A stretch of 51,321 bases of DNA from Octopus bimaculoides (GCF_001194135.2 NC_068999.1:21931435-21982755), one strand, 5' to 3'; counted from the stretch's first letter, positions 1-10,674 are shown. Numbers and translations are program-made. Notes: generated by a model not told the origin, from the sequence alone.

Positions 1-215
1 AAGAGCCAGTTCAGCGGCACTGGCAACGATCTCGCTCGAAGAAATTTCATGTGTCACCAGCACAAGAGCCAGTCCAGCGGCACTGGCAACGATCTCGCTC
101 GAAAAACCTCATGTGTCACCCGCACAAGAGACAGCCTAGGGGCACCGGCAACGATCCCGCTCGGAAGATTTCATGTGTCGCCCGCACATGAGCCAATCCA
201 GGGGCACTGGCAACG
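1..215 (-). repeat. About 62-bp tandem repeat array (>=3.4 units) from an RTE LINE 3'UTR
   Basis: Units start at 1, 64, 126 and 188 (aagagccagtccagcggcactggcaacgatctcgctcg...). The same unit occurs in the RTE 3' ends at 25185, 29240 and 34590. Confidence 0.75.
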
Positions 216-221
216 CAAATT

Positions 222-320
222 TTGACACAAGGCCAGCAATTTAGGGGGAGGGGGCAAGTCAATTACATCGACCTCAGTGCTCAACTGGTACTTATTCTAT
301 TGACACGGATGGATTTGAAC
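222..320 (-). mobile_element. tRNA-derived SINE group B, 3' fragment
   Basis: ttgacacaaggccagcaatt...aagtcaattacatcgacctcagtgctcaactggtacttatt matches the other group B copies. Confidence 0.7.
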
Positions 321-335
321 ACGGCATTGCAAGTG

Positions 336-775
336 CAGGCATGGCTGTATTGTTAAGAAGCTTGCTTCCTAACCCTGTAGTCTAAGGTTCAGTACCCCTG
401 CTTGGCACCTCAGGCAAATGTCTTCTACTATAGCCTGAGCCCCAACTAAATCTTTGTGAGAGGATTTAGTTGACAGAAACTGGAAGAAGCTTATTGTTTA
501 CATACACATACATGTATATGTGTGTGTGTGTACCCTTGTCTTGACATCATATGCTTGTTATAAACAGTCATCACCATCATACACGTGATGGTGTTGATTG
601 CCAGTCTTCCATGGAAAGCATGTCTGGCCATGGAGAAATGTTACCTTGCTTGGAGACAGGTAGGGGTTGGCAACAAGAAGGGTATCTTGCTGTAGAAAAT
701 CTGCCTCAACAAATTCAATTTGACTTATGTTAGCATGGAAACATGGACATTAAATGATGTCGTGGTGGTGGCTGC
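336..775 (+). mobile_element. tRNA-derived SINE: group A head, microsatellite, alternative body and RTE-type (GAT)n tail
   Basis: Head gcaggcatggctgtattgttaagaagcttgcttcctaacc...; internal TA/TG repeat; tail agcatggaaacatggacattaaatgatg. Confidence 0.7.
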
Positions 776-929
776 TGCTGCTGGTTAATAGAACATTCAC
801 CAATCACACAGTGCTTCTAATGATCATTTCCTAAAGAATGCCTTTGTGAGCTAGTGCCCTGATAAAGACTGAGTTCAACAATAATGATTTACTACCAGCT
901 GTCAAATCTGGTTAGTAGTCTCTACTCTA

Positions 930-1340
930 TCATCCATGAAAGTTTTGGCTCAAAATTGTTCTTTGGGGGATGAAACCTATGTAAATATCAAAATGTGATC
1001 TTTGGCAATAATGGAAATGTTCATAATGTGATACCAAAGGTGGTCTTTTGTGGACTACTGCTCTGTTTATTGAACCTCTGAATGGTGTACTACCTAATGA
1101 TAGTCTGGAATATTCATACTTAACCATCTGAACCATATACAGCATAGTCTAAATGCACATCAGTTCTGCTGCTGCTTCTACTGCTGCAGTTGTTGAGTAA
1201 TCGTAGTTCTGCATGTGCAAGGGTAGTTTTTTTATGTATGTCTGGGAGCAACCTGTAAGTCCAGTTGTCCAGAGACATAGATGAATATTGTATTTGACAG
1301 GCATTTGATTGTGGCCATCCAATTCCTATTGAAGTGTTTA
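930..1340 (-). pseudogene. Highly degenerate CR1/L2-like reverse transcriptase remnant
   Basis: DVHLDYA and IPQRTILS resemble the DVIYLDFAK and VPQGTVLG RT motifs in the expected order; many stops and frameshifts. Confidence 0.35.
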
Positions 1341-1663
1341 TTTTATAATTTGGTCCTTTTTTAAAAAACAATGAGTTTGTTTAGGGACATTTAGCTTCAA
1401 TTTTGAATAGGCTGAGCACTTTCGCAGAATCTTCTTCACTGGAATTTGAGGTATTATTTAAGAAACTTTACAAAAGAAGCTGTTGATCACAAAATAGGAC
1501 AATATATTTATCCTGTCAGTAACTAGTAAAGTTTTCTCAAATGGAGAACTTTGCATTTCAATTTATGTTGTAATATGGGAGTTCTATTTTTAATTGAATT
1601 TGTTTCTTATTCTCCAAGTGATAACCTTCTCAGCAGTTACAAGGGATATATCCTTCACTCTCT

Positions 1664-1850
1664 CGCATTTAAACTAGCCATATCTGGCCCAATTCTCCCT
1701 GTTTATGTTCAAACCAGCCAGATCCAATCTCTCACACCTATCCTATAATGTCATTATAAAAACTAAATAATCACACAAAGCTATGAGATAATGCATGAGT
1801 AATTCAAAACAATGTGAATAAATCTGTATTGAAAGTAGACCCAGGAAGAC
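1664..1850 (+). mobile_element. Degenerate copy of the 220-bp piggyBac-like MITE family
   Basis: gcatttaaactagccatatctggccc...gataatgcatgagtaattcaaaacaatgtgaataaat is similar to 8569-8788. Confidence 0.6.
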
Positions 1851-1939
1851 GTGGGACGAGGTGGTGAAATTGCTGTGCTTGTGAAGACATGTCAAGCTAA
1901 GTGAACTTTTGTCATTGCCAGTGCTGGTGACATGTATTA

Positions 1940-2540
1940 TACATACATGCATAATACATACATGCGTACATACATACATACATACGTACGTACATCCATA
2001 CATACATATATGCACACATACATACAAACAAGACTATGGTGTTTGATGTTGTCAATATTCCAATGACAGACTATTGTTTCTGGGCTAGATCCGGTAGTCT
2101 CTCCATTGGGGAAAAATTCGAAATATAAAACCAAGACTGTAAACACACACACACATACATACGCGTGCACGCGCGCACACACACACACACACACATACAC
2201 ATACACAATTGATATACGTACACGTAAATGTCTGCATGCGCACGTGTGTGTGAGCAATAGATCGATTGAGAGTACTACGTATTTACATGAATATGTGTAT
2301 GTGTATCTGTGAATGCATATACATACACACATGCACACGTATTCAGAAACACACACATACACACAATTGGCATACGTACACAAACATACCTATGTATATG
2401 TGTGCGTGCGTTGTCGATAGGCATTTCTTCGTACATTAATATGATTTTAATGTGTATGTGCATATATAAGAGTATGTGCTCATGTGTGCATGCATAGACA
2501 CACACACATACACAGAAACACAAAGAAATGCACACACAAA
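1940..2540. repeat. Compound (TACA)n/(CA)n/(TG)n microsatellite field
   Basis: Direct inspection; source of several spurious ORFs. Confidence 0.9.
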
Positions 2541-2917
2541 CACACACATAGTCATATACTAATGCATATAAATTCAAGTGCATTCATGGCACTTGCGGCA
2601 GTGACACATAAAAAAATGTTTACAATCAGTAAAGTGGTTGATGTTAGGAAAGCATCCAACCATAGAAACCAAGCCAAAACAGATGATTGGAGCCTGGTAC
2701 AGCTCTCCAGCTTACCAGTTCCAGTGAAACTATCTAACTCATGCCAGCATGGAAAACAGACGTTAAATTATGATGACGATGGTGATTATGGTTGTGGTAG
2801 TGGTGAGAGATAGAGAGAGAGTAGATTGCTTTTCCTTGTTGGAACAAGATAGATAACTGTCACTTGTCTAACAGCATAACAAGAACATTCAAGACACATA
2901 GCATGGCATAAGCACAT

Positions 2918-3122
2918 AGGCGCAGGAGTGGCTGTGTGGTAAGTAGCTTGCTTACCAACCACATGGTTCCAGGTTCATTCCCACTGCGTGGCACCTTGGG
3001 CGCCTTGGGTGTTTGTGTGTCTGTGTTTGTCTCCCCAACATCGCATGACAACCGATGCTGTTGTGTTTATGTCCCCGTAACTTAGCGGTTCGGCAAAAGA
3101 GACCGATAGACTAAGTACTAGG
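2918..3122 (+). mobile_element. SINE group A1, internally deleted
   Basis: The head ggcgcaggagtggctgtgtggtaagtagcttgcttaccaacc is joined directly to the post-microsatellite body. Confidence 0.8.
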
Positions 3123-3339
3123 CATCCATTAGGTAAAAGCTCCTTGAACTTTTTCACCCCGTTATGCTTTCAGAGTACCCTCCTCCACTGCTATCAGGTC
3201 ACCTGGTTAACAGAAGTTACCAAATACTTTCATGTTAACATTTAATGGAAAGAATTTATTTCAGTGGTTCTCTGTTAACTATGCATGTGCAATTTGCCAG
3301 AAACAAAGCTACATACTGTGCCATACTGGAGAGGAATTC

Positions 3340-3572
3340 CATCTGATTGGCAGCAGTTGCCTGCATCAGATAAAAGGAATCATGAATTGTACAGATTTTC
3401 TGAAAATCTTGGAGAAGACATGCCAAATGTCATTTGGACCAGTCATGAATTTTTCGGCATGGTTGTGATCCAAACCATACTCCAAAAATAATCAAAAGAT
3501 TCATCGAAAGACAAAAAGAAATCTCGTTACTGCAGCTGCCAGCACCCTCTGCAAATTTGTATCCATGTGACT
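3340..3572 (+). pseudogene. Degenerate Tc1-like transposase fragment
   Basis: GSSCLHQIKGIMNCTDFLKIL, then after a frameshift FRHGCDPNHTPK...LLQLPAPSANLYP. These parallel the Tc1 G.LH.I.G.MN and FQQDNDPKHT...WPSQSPDLNP motifs. Confidence 0.6.
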
Positions 3573-3574
3573 GT

Positions 3575-3960
3575 TGTAAGAAGTTTACCTCCCAACCACA
3601 TGGTTCTGGGTTCAAACCCAGTGTATGGCACTTTGGGCAAGTGTCTTCTACTACAGCCTCAGGCTGACCAAAGCCTCGTGAGTGATTTTGGTAAATGGAA
3701 ACTGAAAGAAGACTGTTGTGTGTGCGCCTTTATCTCTGTGTTTGTTCTCCTCCTACCACATGACAACCAGCTTTGGTGTGTTTACGTCCCTGTAGCTTAG
3801 CAGTTTGGCAAAAGAGACTGATAGAATAAGTACCAGTACTTTAAAAAATAAGTACTGGGGTTGATTTGTTCAACTAAAATTCTTCATGGCATTGTCCCAG
3901 CATGGCCGCAGTCTAATGACTAAAACAAGTGTAAAGGTAAAAAGAAAAAGATAAAAAGAT
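3575..3960 (+). mobile_element. SINE group A1, diverged
   Basis: cccaaccacatggttctgggttcaaaccca ... cagcatggccgcagtctaatgactaaaacaagt. Confidence 0.8.
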
Positions 3961-4081
3961 CCTACTTGTTTATATAAACTACAATTTAAAATCAAAATCA
4001 ATTCATTATAAATTTTATGGCTACTTTGGTTTCTTTGTTTTGTTTTTATATTTTGTGATTTTCTTTTTTATATTTGTTTAG

Positions 4082-4180
4082 ATTGAGGAGCTAAAACCAG
4101 GTGGCAAAGACATTCAAGTAACTAATTATAATCGGATTGAGTATATCCATTTAATGGCAGATTATAAATTAAATAAGCAG
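4082..4180 (+). CDS. UBE3C: UBE3C HECT E3 ubiquitin ligase, internal exon ([33 protein letters not shown])
   Basis: AG at 4080-81 and GT at 4181-82; 99 nt, phase 0-0. The peptide matches the HECT segment ELKxGGKDIxVTxxNRIxYIHLxADYxLNxQ of UBE3C. Upstream exons lie before the window. Confidence 0.93.
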
Positions 4181-4316
4181 GTCTGTGGATTTTGCTTAAT
4201 TATCATTTTTATTTTTTTATTTTTTTTCAAATTATTAAATGACTCAAATTTTTTGTGCCTAGAACAATTTTCACTTTGATTTCAAAATGTCATGAACTTT
4301 TTTGTTTCTTCTTTAG

Positions 4317-4473
4317 ATTCGACCTCATTGCCATGCTTTCCGATTAGGTCTTGCTAATGTAGTCAATCTGGAATGGCTGCGTATGTTTGATGAACATGAA
4401 CTGCAAGAACTGATATCTGGAGCCAACACACCTGTGAATCTCGAAGACTTAAAACAACACACTAATTATTCAG
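4317..4473 (+). CDS. UBE3C: UBE3C internal exon (IRPHCHAFRLGLANVVNLEWLRMFDEHELQELISGANTPVNLEDLKQHTNYS-G)
   Basis: tttcttctttag acceptor and cag|gttagt donor; 157 nt, phase 0-1; open reading frame typical of the UBE3C HECT domain. Confidence 0.93.
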
Positions 4474-4590
4474 GTTAGTTTCTTAATTATGTTCTTTCAC
4501 TCTTTGATACTGCTTTCATTTTTGAAAGTGCACATACATTAACTACTGCTATCTTGATTTATCTTGGTTAATAGGAAGAATCTCCATCGA

Positions 4591-4805
4591 TTTCATATTT
4601 TGGCACAAGGCCAGCAGTTTTTTGTGGGAGAGGATAAGTCAATTACACCACCCCCAATACTCGACTGGTACTTATTTTATTGACCCCAAAAGGTTGAAAG
4701 GCAAAGTCGGCTTCAGCAGAATTTGAACACAGAATGCAAAGACAGACAAAATGCCAATAAACATTTCACCTGGCATGCTAACGATTCTGCCATTTAGCCA
4801 CCTTA
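4591..4805 (-). mobile_element. SINE group B, near full length
   Basis: The reverse complement shows a tRNA-like head (ggtggctaaatggcagaatcgttagc...gttcaaattc) and the gactttgcctttcaacc...gggtcaataaaataagtaccag core. Confidence 0.85.
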
Positions 4806-5096
4806 AGAAAAATCTATATTAAGTGTATTATCTCAGTGCACCTGTCTGGTGTAGGATTTTATATATATATATATATATATTGATGTGTAAAGGTAAGATC
4901 CAAGGATCAAGGTATAGGAACTTATTGAACTTCAAGCAATCCATAGAGGATATAAAAAACAACTTTCAGGAAAAATAGTGGTTTATTGGCACAGAAGGTT
5001 GAGAATTTTTCCCATATTGAAGTTCGATAAGCTGAAAAAAGTTAATTTTATAGTTCACACTTAGCAACAGGGATTGTTGTATCTGCGAATAAACAG

Positions 5097-5468
5097 CCAA
5101 AATTTAGAGAATGGAGTAGATAAAATCCAGGCTACATGTTTCATAGCTAGCGAAACCTTGGAAGTAGTAAATTATCCCAATGAGGGGCAGGCTGCAAGCT
5201 ACTTTTCAGGCCAAGGATACCTTAATTATCTGAAGTTTACATTGTCATTAGGAGATCCCATGTAAACTCGTTGGGGATTCAACTGAAATACAATCAATTC
5301 ATTAGGATCTCCTAATGACAATATAAACTTCATATAATAAAGGTATCCTTGACCAGAAAAGTAGCTTGTGGTCTATCCCTCATTTGGATAATTTACTATT
5401 TCTGAGATTCCATTAGCTATGAAACATATGTAGCCTGGATTTTATCTGTTCCATTCCCTAAATTTTGG
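5097..5468. mobile_element. Foldback/MITE-like element with about 160-bp inverted arms and a 46-nt spacer
   Basis: 5097-5258 is the reverse complement of 5305-5468 with scattered mismatches. Confidence 0.85.
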
Positions 5469-5726
5469 ATGTATATATATACATATATATATATATATAT
5501 AATATGTATTTTTTTATTTTTTTTATTTATTTATGTGTTTCAGCCAAGTGGCTGCGGTCATGCTGGTGCACCACCGTGAGGATGTATATTATTTATTTGC
5601 AACATTCTGTGTTGATGTATTTCATGGTCATGTAGAGAAAAATAGCTTTTGTAATGAAATTTATATTGGAGCAAAACTATGAAAGAGAAATTATATCTCA
5701 TATTTATTTATTTCTTCTTCTTCTTA

Positions 5727-5772
<46 letters not shown>

Positions 5773-5776
5773 CATT

Positions 5777-5983
5777 CAGAATCATTAGCACATCAGACGA
5801 AATGCTTAGCATCATTTCTTCTGTTTTTATGTTCTGATTTCAAATTCTACCAAGGTCGACTTTGCCTTCATCCTTTCAGGGATTGATAAAATAAGTACTA
5901 GTTGAGCACTGGGGTTGATGTAATCAGCTGACACCACCATCACACACACACACAATTTCAGGCCTTGTGCCTATTGTAGAAAG
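5777..5983 (+). mobile_element. SINE group B
   Basis: cagaatcattagcac...caaggtcgactttgccttcatcctttcaggg...ggccttgtgcc. Confidence 0.85.
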
Positions 5984-6386
5984 AATTATTTAGTCCAAGA
6001 AAGCAAGGCTCATAACTCTTAGAGTTTCTCCAGGAATAACAAGGCCGATGACTGGAGGGAGCAGTGACATAGTTGCAGCCTTGAGAAGTATTGGTATAAG
6101 AACATTATGGAAGATGAGATATGATAGAGAGAACGAGGTGTAGGGAGTAAAATGAAGAAGAGATATTTCAGAATTTTCTGGTCTAGCAGATCAGAAACCT
6201 TGTTGTAATGGTAAAAAAAACTCGAAGGTAAGAGCTAATGATTATAGAACAGTGAATGATGATTTACTCCTCAGTGAGATGATTTTCTTTAATGCAGACT
6301 TGTGTCTTTGAAGGGTTTGTGCATATAATAGCTGAGTTATTTCTAGACCTGAGTATTTAGCTAATGTGAGGTGTATTTGTACCTTG

Positions 6387-6796
6387 TAGAGGGTCAGCAA
6401 CTTCACAGAGCTGAAACAAATTTATTTTAATATGGGGTATGACCGCCTTTGACAGTAATTACAGCTTGAATTCTATGAGGTATGGACTTGTACAAAGTTT
6501 GAATTGTTTCCAAAAGAATTTTTGTCCATTCTTCAGCTAAAACAGTCTCCAGTTCTTGTGATGATGGTGGAGGATATCGACTCCTTACTTGTTTTTCTAA
6601 AATGCACCATAAATGTTCAATAATATCAAGATCTGGGGACTGTGGTGGCCAGATAAGATGTTCAACTTCACTAGAATGTTCTTCGTGTGTGCCATTTAGT
6701 AACAACTTTAGCTGTCTGAATTGGTGCATTATCATCATGAAAGATTACGTTTCCCTCCGAAAACAGTTCCACAACCATAGGATGAATTTGATCAGA
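6387..6796 (-). mobile_element. 3' part of a Tc1-superfamily transposon (DD36E-type spacing), frameshifted and cut off by an assembly gap
   Basis: FHDDNAPIQTAKVVTKWH/EEHSSEVEHLIWPPQSPDLDIIEHLW...GGHTPY*; a 4-nt AC expansion causes the frameshift. Confidence 0.88.
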
Positions 6797-7761
6797 NNNN
6801 NNNNNNNNNNNNNNNNNNNNNNNNNNNNNNNNNNNNNNNNNNNNNNNNNNNNNNNNNNNNNNNNNNNNNNNNNNNNNNNNNNNNNNNNNNNNNNNNNNNN
6901 NNNNNNNNNNNNNNNNNNNNNNNNNNNNNNNNNNNNNNNNNNNNNNNNNNNNNNNNNNNNNNNNNNNNNNNNNNNNNNNNNNNNNNNNNNNNNNNNNNNN
7001 NNNNNNNNNNNNNNNNNNNNNNNNNNNNNNNNNNNNNNNNNNNNNNNNNNNNNNNNNNNNNNNNNNNNNNNNNNNNNNNNNNNNNNNNNNNNNNNNNNNN
7101 NNNNNNNNNNNNNNNNNNNNNNNNNNNNNNNNNNNNNNNNNNNNNNNNNNNNNNNNNNNNNNNNNNNNNNNNNNNNNNNNNNNNNNNNNNNNNNNNNNNN
7201 NNNNNNNNNNNNNNNNNNNNNNNNNNNNNNNNNNNNNNNNNNNNNNNNNNNNNNNNNNNNNNNNNNNNNNNNNNNNNNNNNNNNNNNNNNNNNNNNNNNN
7301 NNNNNNNNNNNNNNNNNNNNNNNNNNNNNNNNNNNNNNNNNNNNNNNNNNNNNNNNNNNNNNNNNNNNNNNNNNNNNNNNNNNNNNNNNNNNNNNNNNNN
7401 NNNNNNNNNNNNNNNNNNNNNNNNNNNNNNNNNNNNNNNNNNNNNNNNNNNNNNNNNNNNNNNNNNNNNNNNNNNNNNNNNNNNNNNNNNNNNNNNNNNN
7501 NNNNNNNNNNNNNNNNNNNNNNNNNNNNNNNNNNNNNNNNNNNNNNNNNNNNNNNNNNNNNNNNNNNNNNNNNNNNNNNNNNNNNNNNNNNNNNNNNNNN
7601 NNNNNNNNNNNNNNNNNNNNNNNNNNNNNNNNNNNNNNNNNNNNNNNNNNNNNNNNNNNNNNNNNNNNNNNNNNNNNNNNNNNNNNNNNNNNNNNNNNNN
7701 NNNNNNNNNNNNNNNNNNNNNNNNNNNNNNNNNNNNNNNNNNNNNNNNNNNNNNNNNNNNN
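6797..7761. other. Assembly gap
   Basis: N run. Confidence 1.
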
Positions 7762-7838
<77 letters not shown>

Positions 7839-8373
7839 GTGCAAACAATGTGGAAAAAATTGTACTCAAATACCAAGGGTAGTGTAATATGTTTTATTAT
7901 AAAAGCTGCAAAATATTCACAGAACTGTTACTCGGTGTTTCACATTCTCATTTGTCAGGCAGTTGCGATGAATACTGTCTAACAAACGGGAACATGAAAC
8001 TTTGATCAGCCTGAGGCTGTAGTAAAAATCCCCTTGAAGACACCATGCATTGGGACTGAACTTGGAACCATGTGGTTGGGAAGCAAGCTTCTTATCACAC
8101 AGCTATGCCTGTGCCTATTAATCACCAAATATTTTCATATTTTCTAATTGAGACCCAAGGCCAACTATTTTGAGGGAAGTTGTTTAGTATCAACTTCAGT
8201 ACTTGACTGGTACTTTATCTTACTGACCCTGTAGGGATAAAAAGCTAAGTTGACCTCTGTGGGATATTCTAGATATTAATTTTATTTGTTGATATTTTCT
8301 AATTTTGTTGAAGTAATTGTTTACATTTATGTTATGTATTTTTTGTTTCTAATATAATATTTTTCTGTTGCAG

Positions 8374-8504
8374 GGGGCTTTACTGCTGAACATCCTGTGA
8401 TAGAAATTTTTTGGAAAGTTGTCTATGACCTGACTGACCAACAACTAAGGCAGTTGTTAAAATTTGTAACTAGCTGTTCTCGGCCACCTCTGCTGGGTTT
8501 TAAG
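8374..8504 (+). CDS. UBE3C: UBE3C internal exon (GFTAEHPVIEIFWKVVYDLTDQQLRQLLKFVTSCSRPPLLGFK)
   Basis: ttttctgttgcag acceptor and aag|gtaagc donor; 131 nt, phase 1-0; contains the LLKFVTSCSRPPLLGF HECT motif. Confidence 0.94.
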
Positions 8505-8568
8505 GTAAGCGATATTCTGAATTATTAATCTTGTAAAATAGTTTTGTTATCTCCTTTTACTCTTTTAA

Positions 8569-8788
8569 CCTTTTAGCATCTAAACCAGCCATATCCAGCC
8601 TAAATATTCAACCAGTTATCTGTTCAAATGAACCAGATCTGGCCTCTCGGACCTGCCCGACAATGTTATTCTAAAAATAAGCAATCACATCATTGAAATC
8701 TCAAAGCTGTGAGGTAATGCATGATTAAATCAAAATAATATGAATAAATCAGCATTACATTTGCCAGATTAATCTGAATGCTAATGGA
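8569..8788 (+). mobile_element. 220-bp piggyBac-like MITE
   Basis: TTAA flanks at 8565-68 and 8789-92; decayed CCCTT/AAGGG termini; same length as, and similar to, the reverse complement of 31991-32210. Confidence 0.75.
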
Positions 8789-9000
8789 TTAAATCAGTTA
8801 TCCACTTCTGCATGTATTGAATGGATTTAACAACATTGGACATTTATATATTGGTGGAGCAACTGGATTCACTTGTTCGACTAAGAAGTAGGTATGAAAC
8901 ATATTAGCCAAATAGACTGTTGTATGCAGCTATCTTGTCTGGGAACATAATATGATGGCTACAGCAATAAGGTTTCCACTCAGCAATATGATACAGCACC

Positions 9001-9332
9001 TTTATACTCTTTTACTCTTTTACTCTTTTACTTGTTTCAGTCATTTGACTGCGGCCATGCTGGAGCACCGCCTTTAGTCGAGCAAATCGACCCCAGGACA
9101 TATTCTTTGTTAGCCTCGTACTTATTCTATCGGTCTCTTTTGCCGAACCGCTAAGTTACGGGGACGTAAACACACCAGTATCGGTTGTCAAGCGATGTTG
9201 GGGGGACAAACACAGACACACACACATACACATATATATATATACATATATACGACGGGCTTCTTTCAGTTTCCGTCTACCAAATCCACTCACAAGGCTC
9301 TGGTCGGCCCGAGGCTATAGTAGAAGACACTT
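9001..9332 (-). mobile_element. SINE group A1 (young; head lost in the gap)
   Basis: (TTTTACTC)n tail; near-consensus body. Confidence 0.88.
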
Positions 9333-9567
9333 NNNNNNNNNNNNNNNNNNNNNNNNNNNNNNNNNNNNNNNNNNNNNNNNNNNNNNNNNNNNNNNNNNNN
9401 NNNNNNNNNNNNNNNNNNNNNNNNNNNNNNNNNNNNNNNNNNNNNNNNNNNNNNNNNNNNNNNNNNNNNNNNNNNNNNNNNNNNNNNNNNNNNNNNNNNN
9501 NNNNNNNNNNNNNNNNNNNNNNNNNNNNNNNNNNNNNNNNNNNNNNNNNNNNNNNNNNNNNNNNNNN
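9333..9567. other. Assembly gap
   Basis: N run. Confidence 1.
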
Positions 9568-10199
9568 TTTTTTTAATACACATGCATGATGCTCTAGAAT
9601 TCTAGCTGAAGACTATCTAACTGAAAAGTTATATAATTGTTTAAGAGATTTAGTGCAAGAAATATAATGATTCTGTTCTGAAATGAAAAGGTTTTGTTAG
9701 CAATTAATTTTAATCCTAAAATGCAAGTCAATAAATATATTTAAAATAACATGCAAAAAATTTTTTTCTAATTTTTTAAATTTTTGTCCCCATTTTGTAA
9801 GTTTAGATTTAAATCAGTTAAAATATCCAAAGAAAATAATTCTATTTGGTTGGGAGAGAAGTTATGCATGTGTGTGGTTATATATTTTTATGGAAGTAAT
9901 ATTCATGTTTATACATATATACATACACACACACATATGGATGGAGAGGTGGGAAGGGTTTAAGAGTCTATACAAATCAAAAATTATAGTTAAAAGAGTA
10001 AATATAAATATACTTTTGTGCCTTGGAAAAGGCACAAAAGTATATTTTACAGAATGTTTAATGTTTTTGCTACTGTGAATGATTTAAAATATAACCAGTT
10101 TTGATGTATCCATCTTATCAAATATATAAAAAGGAATTTCTCTTTGACTTCCAAAACAATTCTTTTCAATATTTGGCCAGCATGGAAGGTGGACGTTAA

Positions 10200-10460
10200 A
10201 CAATGACTTTGTGTTTTTGTGTCACCATGTCTTTACATCAGGTGATAGTAGTAAATGAGTGTCATTGTCAACCAAGCAGTGTCATTCATTTTCAGTAATC
10301 CATGGAAATACCCCTACCAATGGGAAAAAAATCCTATTTTGAAACAGATGGAGGGTGGGGACAGGAAAGGCATCCAGCCATAGAAATTCTGCCTCAATAT
10401 ACTCTTTCTGACCCATGGAAGCATGGAAAAGAGAATGTTAAAGTAGTGATGATGATGATA
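10200..10460 (+). mobile_element. SINE alternative body with RTE-type tail (as at 336-775)
   Basis: ggcatccagccatagaaattctgcctcaa...agcatggaaaagagaatgttaaaagtagtgatgatgatg. Confidence 0.55.
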
Positions 10461-10503
10461 ATGATATTTGTATAAAGATGTGCCATTATTTTTCTTTTTC
10501 TAG

Positions 10504-10674
10504 GATTTATATCCAGTCTTTTGCATCCATAATGCTGGTACTGAACTGGAGCGCCTACCCACTGCTAGTACATGTATGAACTTACTGAAACTTCCCGAGT
10601 TCTACAATGAAGAGGCAATGAGAAGTAAATTACTATATGCAATTGAATCAGCTACAGGATTTGAACTCAGTTAA
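10504..10674 (+). CDS. UBE3C: UBE3C terminal exon ([56 protein letters not shown])
   Basis: ttttctttttctag acceptor; catalytic Cys in [11 protein letters not shown] (codon 10573-75); ends GFELS-TAA. The [20 protein letters not shown] pattern fits UBE3C rather than UBE3B. Confidence 0.94.
   Translation, partial: DLYPVFCIHNAGTELERLPTASTCMNLLKLPEFYNEEAMRSKLLYAIESATGFELS

Noticed and set aside
1-215. CRISPR-like regularly spaced repeats
   Set aside because: Whole units, including the would-be spacers, are homologous. The unit belongs to an RTE 3'UTR, the context is eukaryotic and there are no cas genes.
1743-2813. Cys/Val/Tyr/His/Thr-rich ORFs (also 23752-24106, 33228-33724, 47908-48127)
   Set aside because: Translations of CA/TA microsatellites.
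6602-7882. Long ORFs spanning N runs (also 9185-9589, 11120-11852, 22041-22364, 36180-37154)
   Set aside because: Artefacts of translating assembly gaps.
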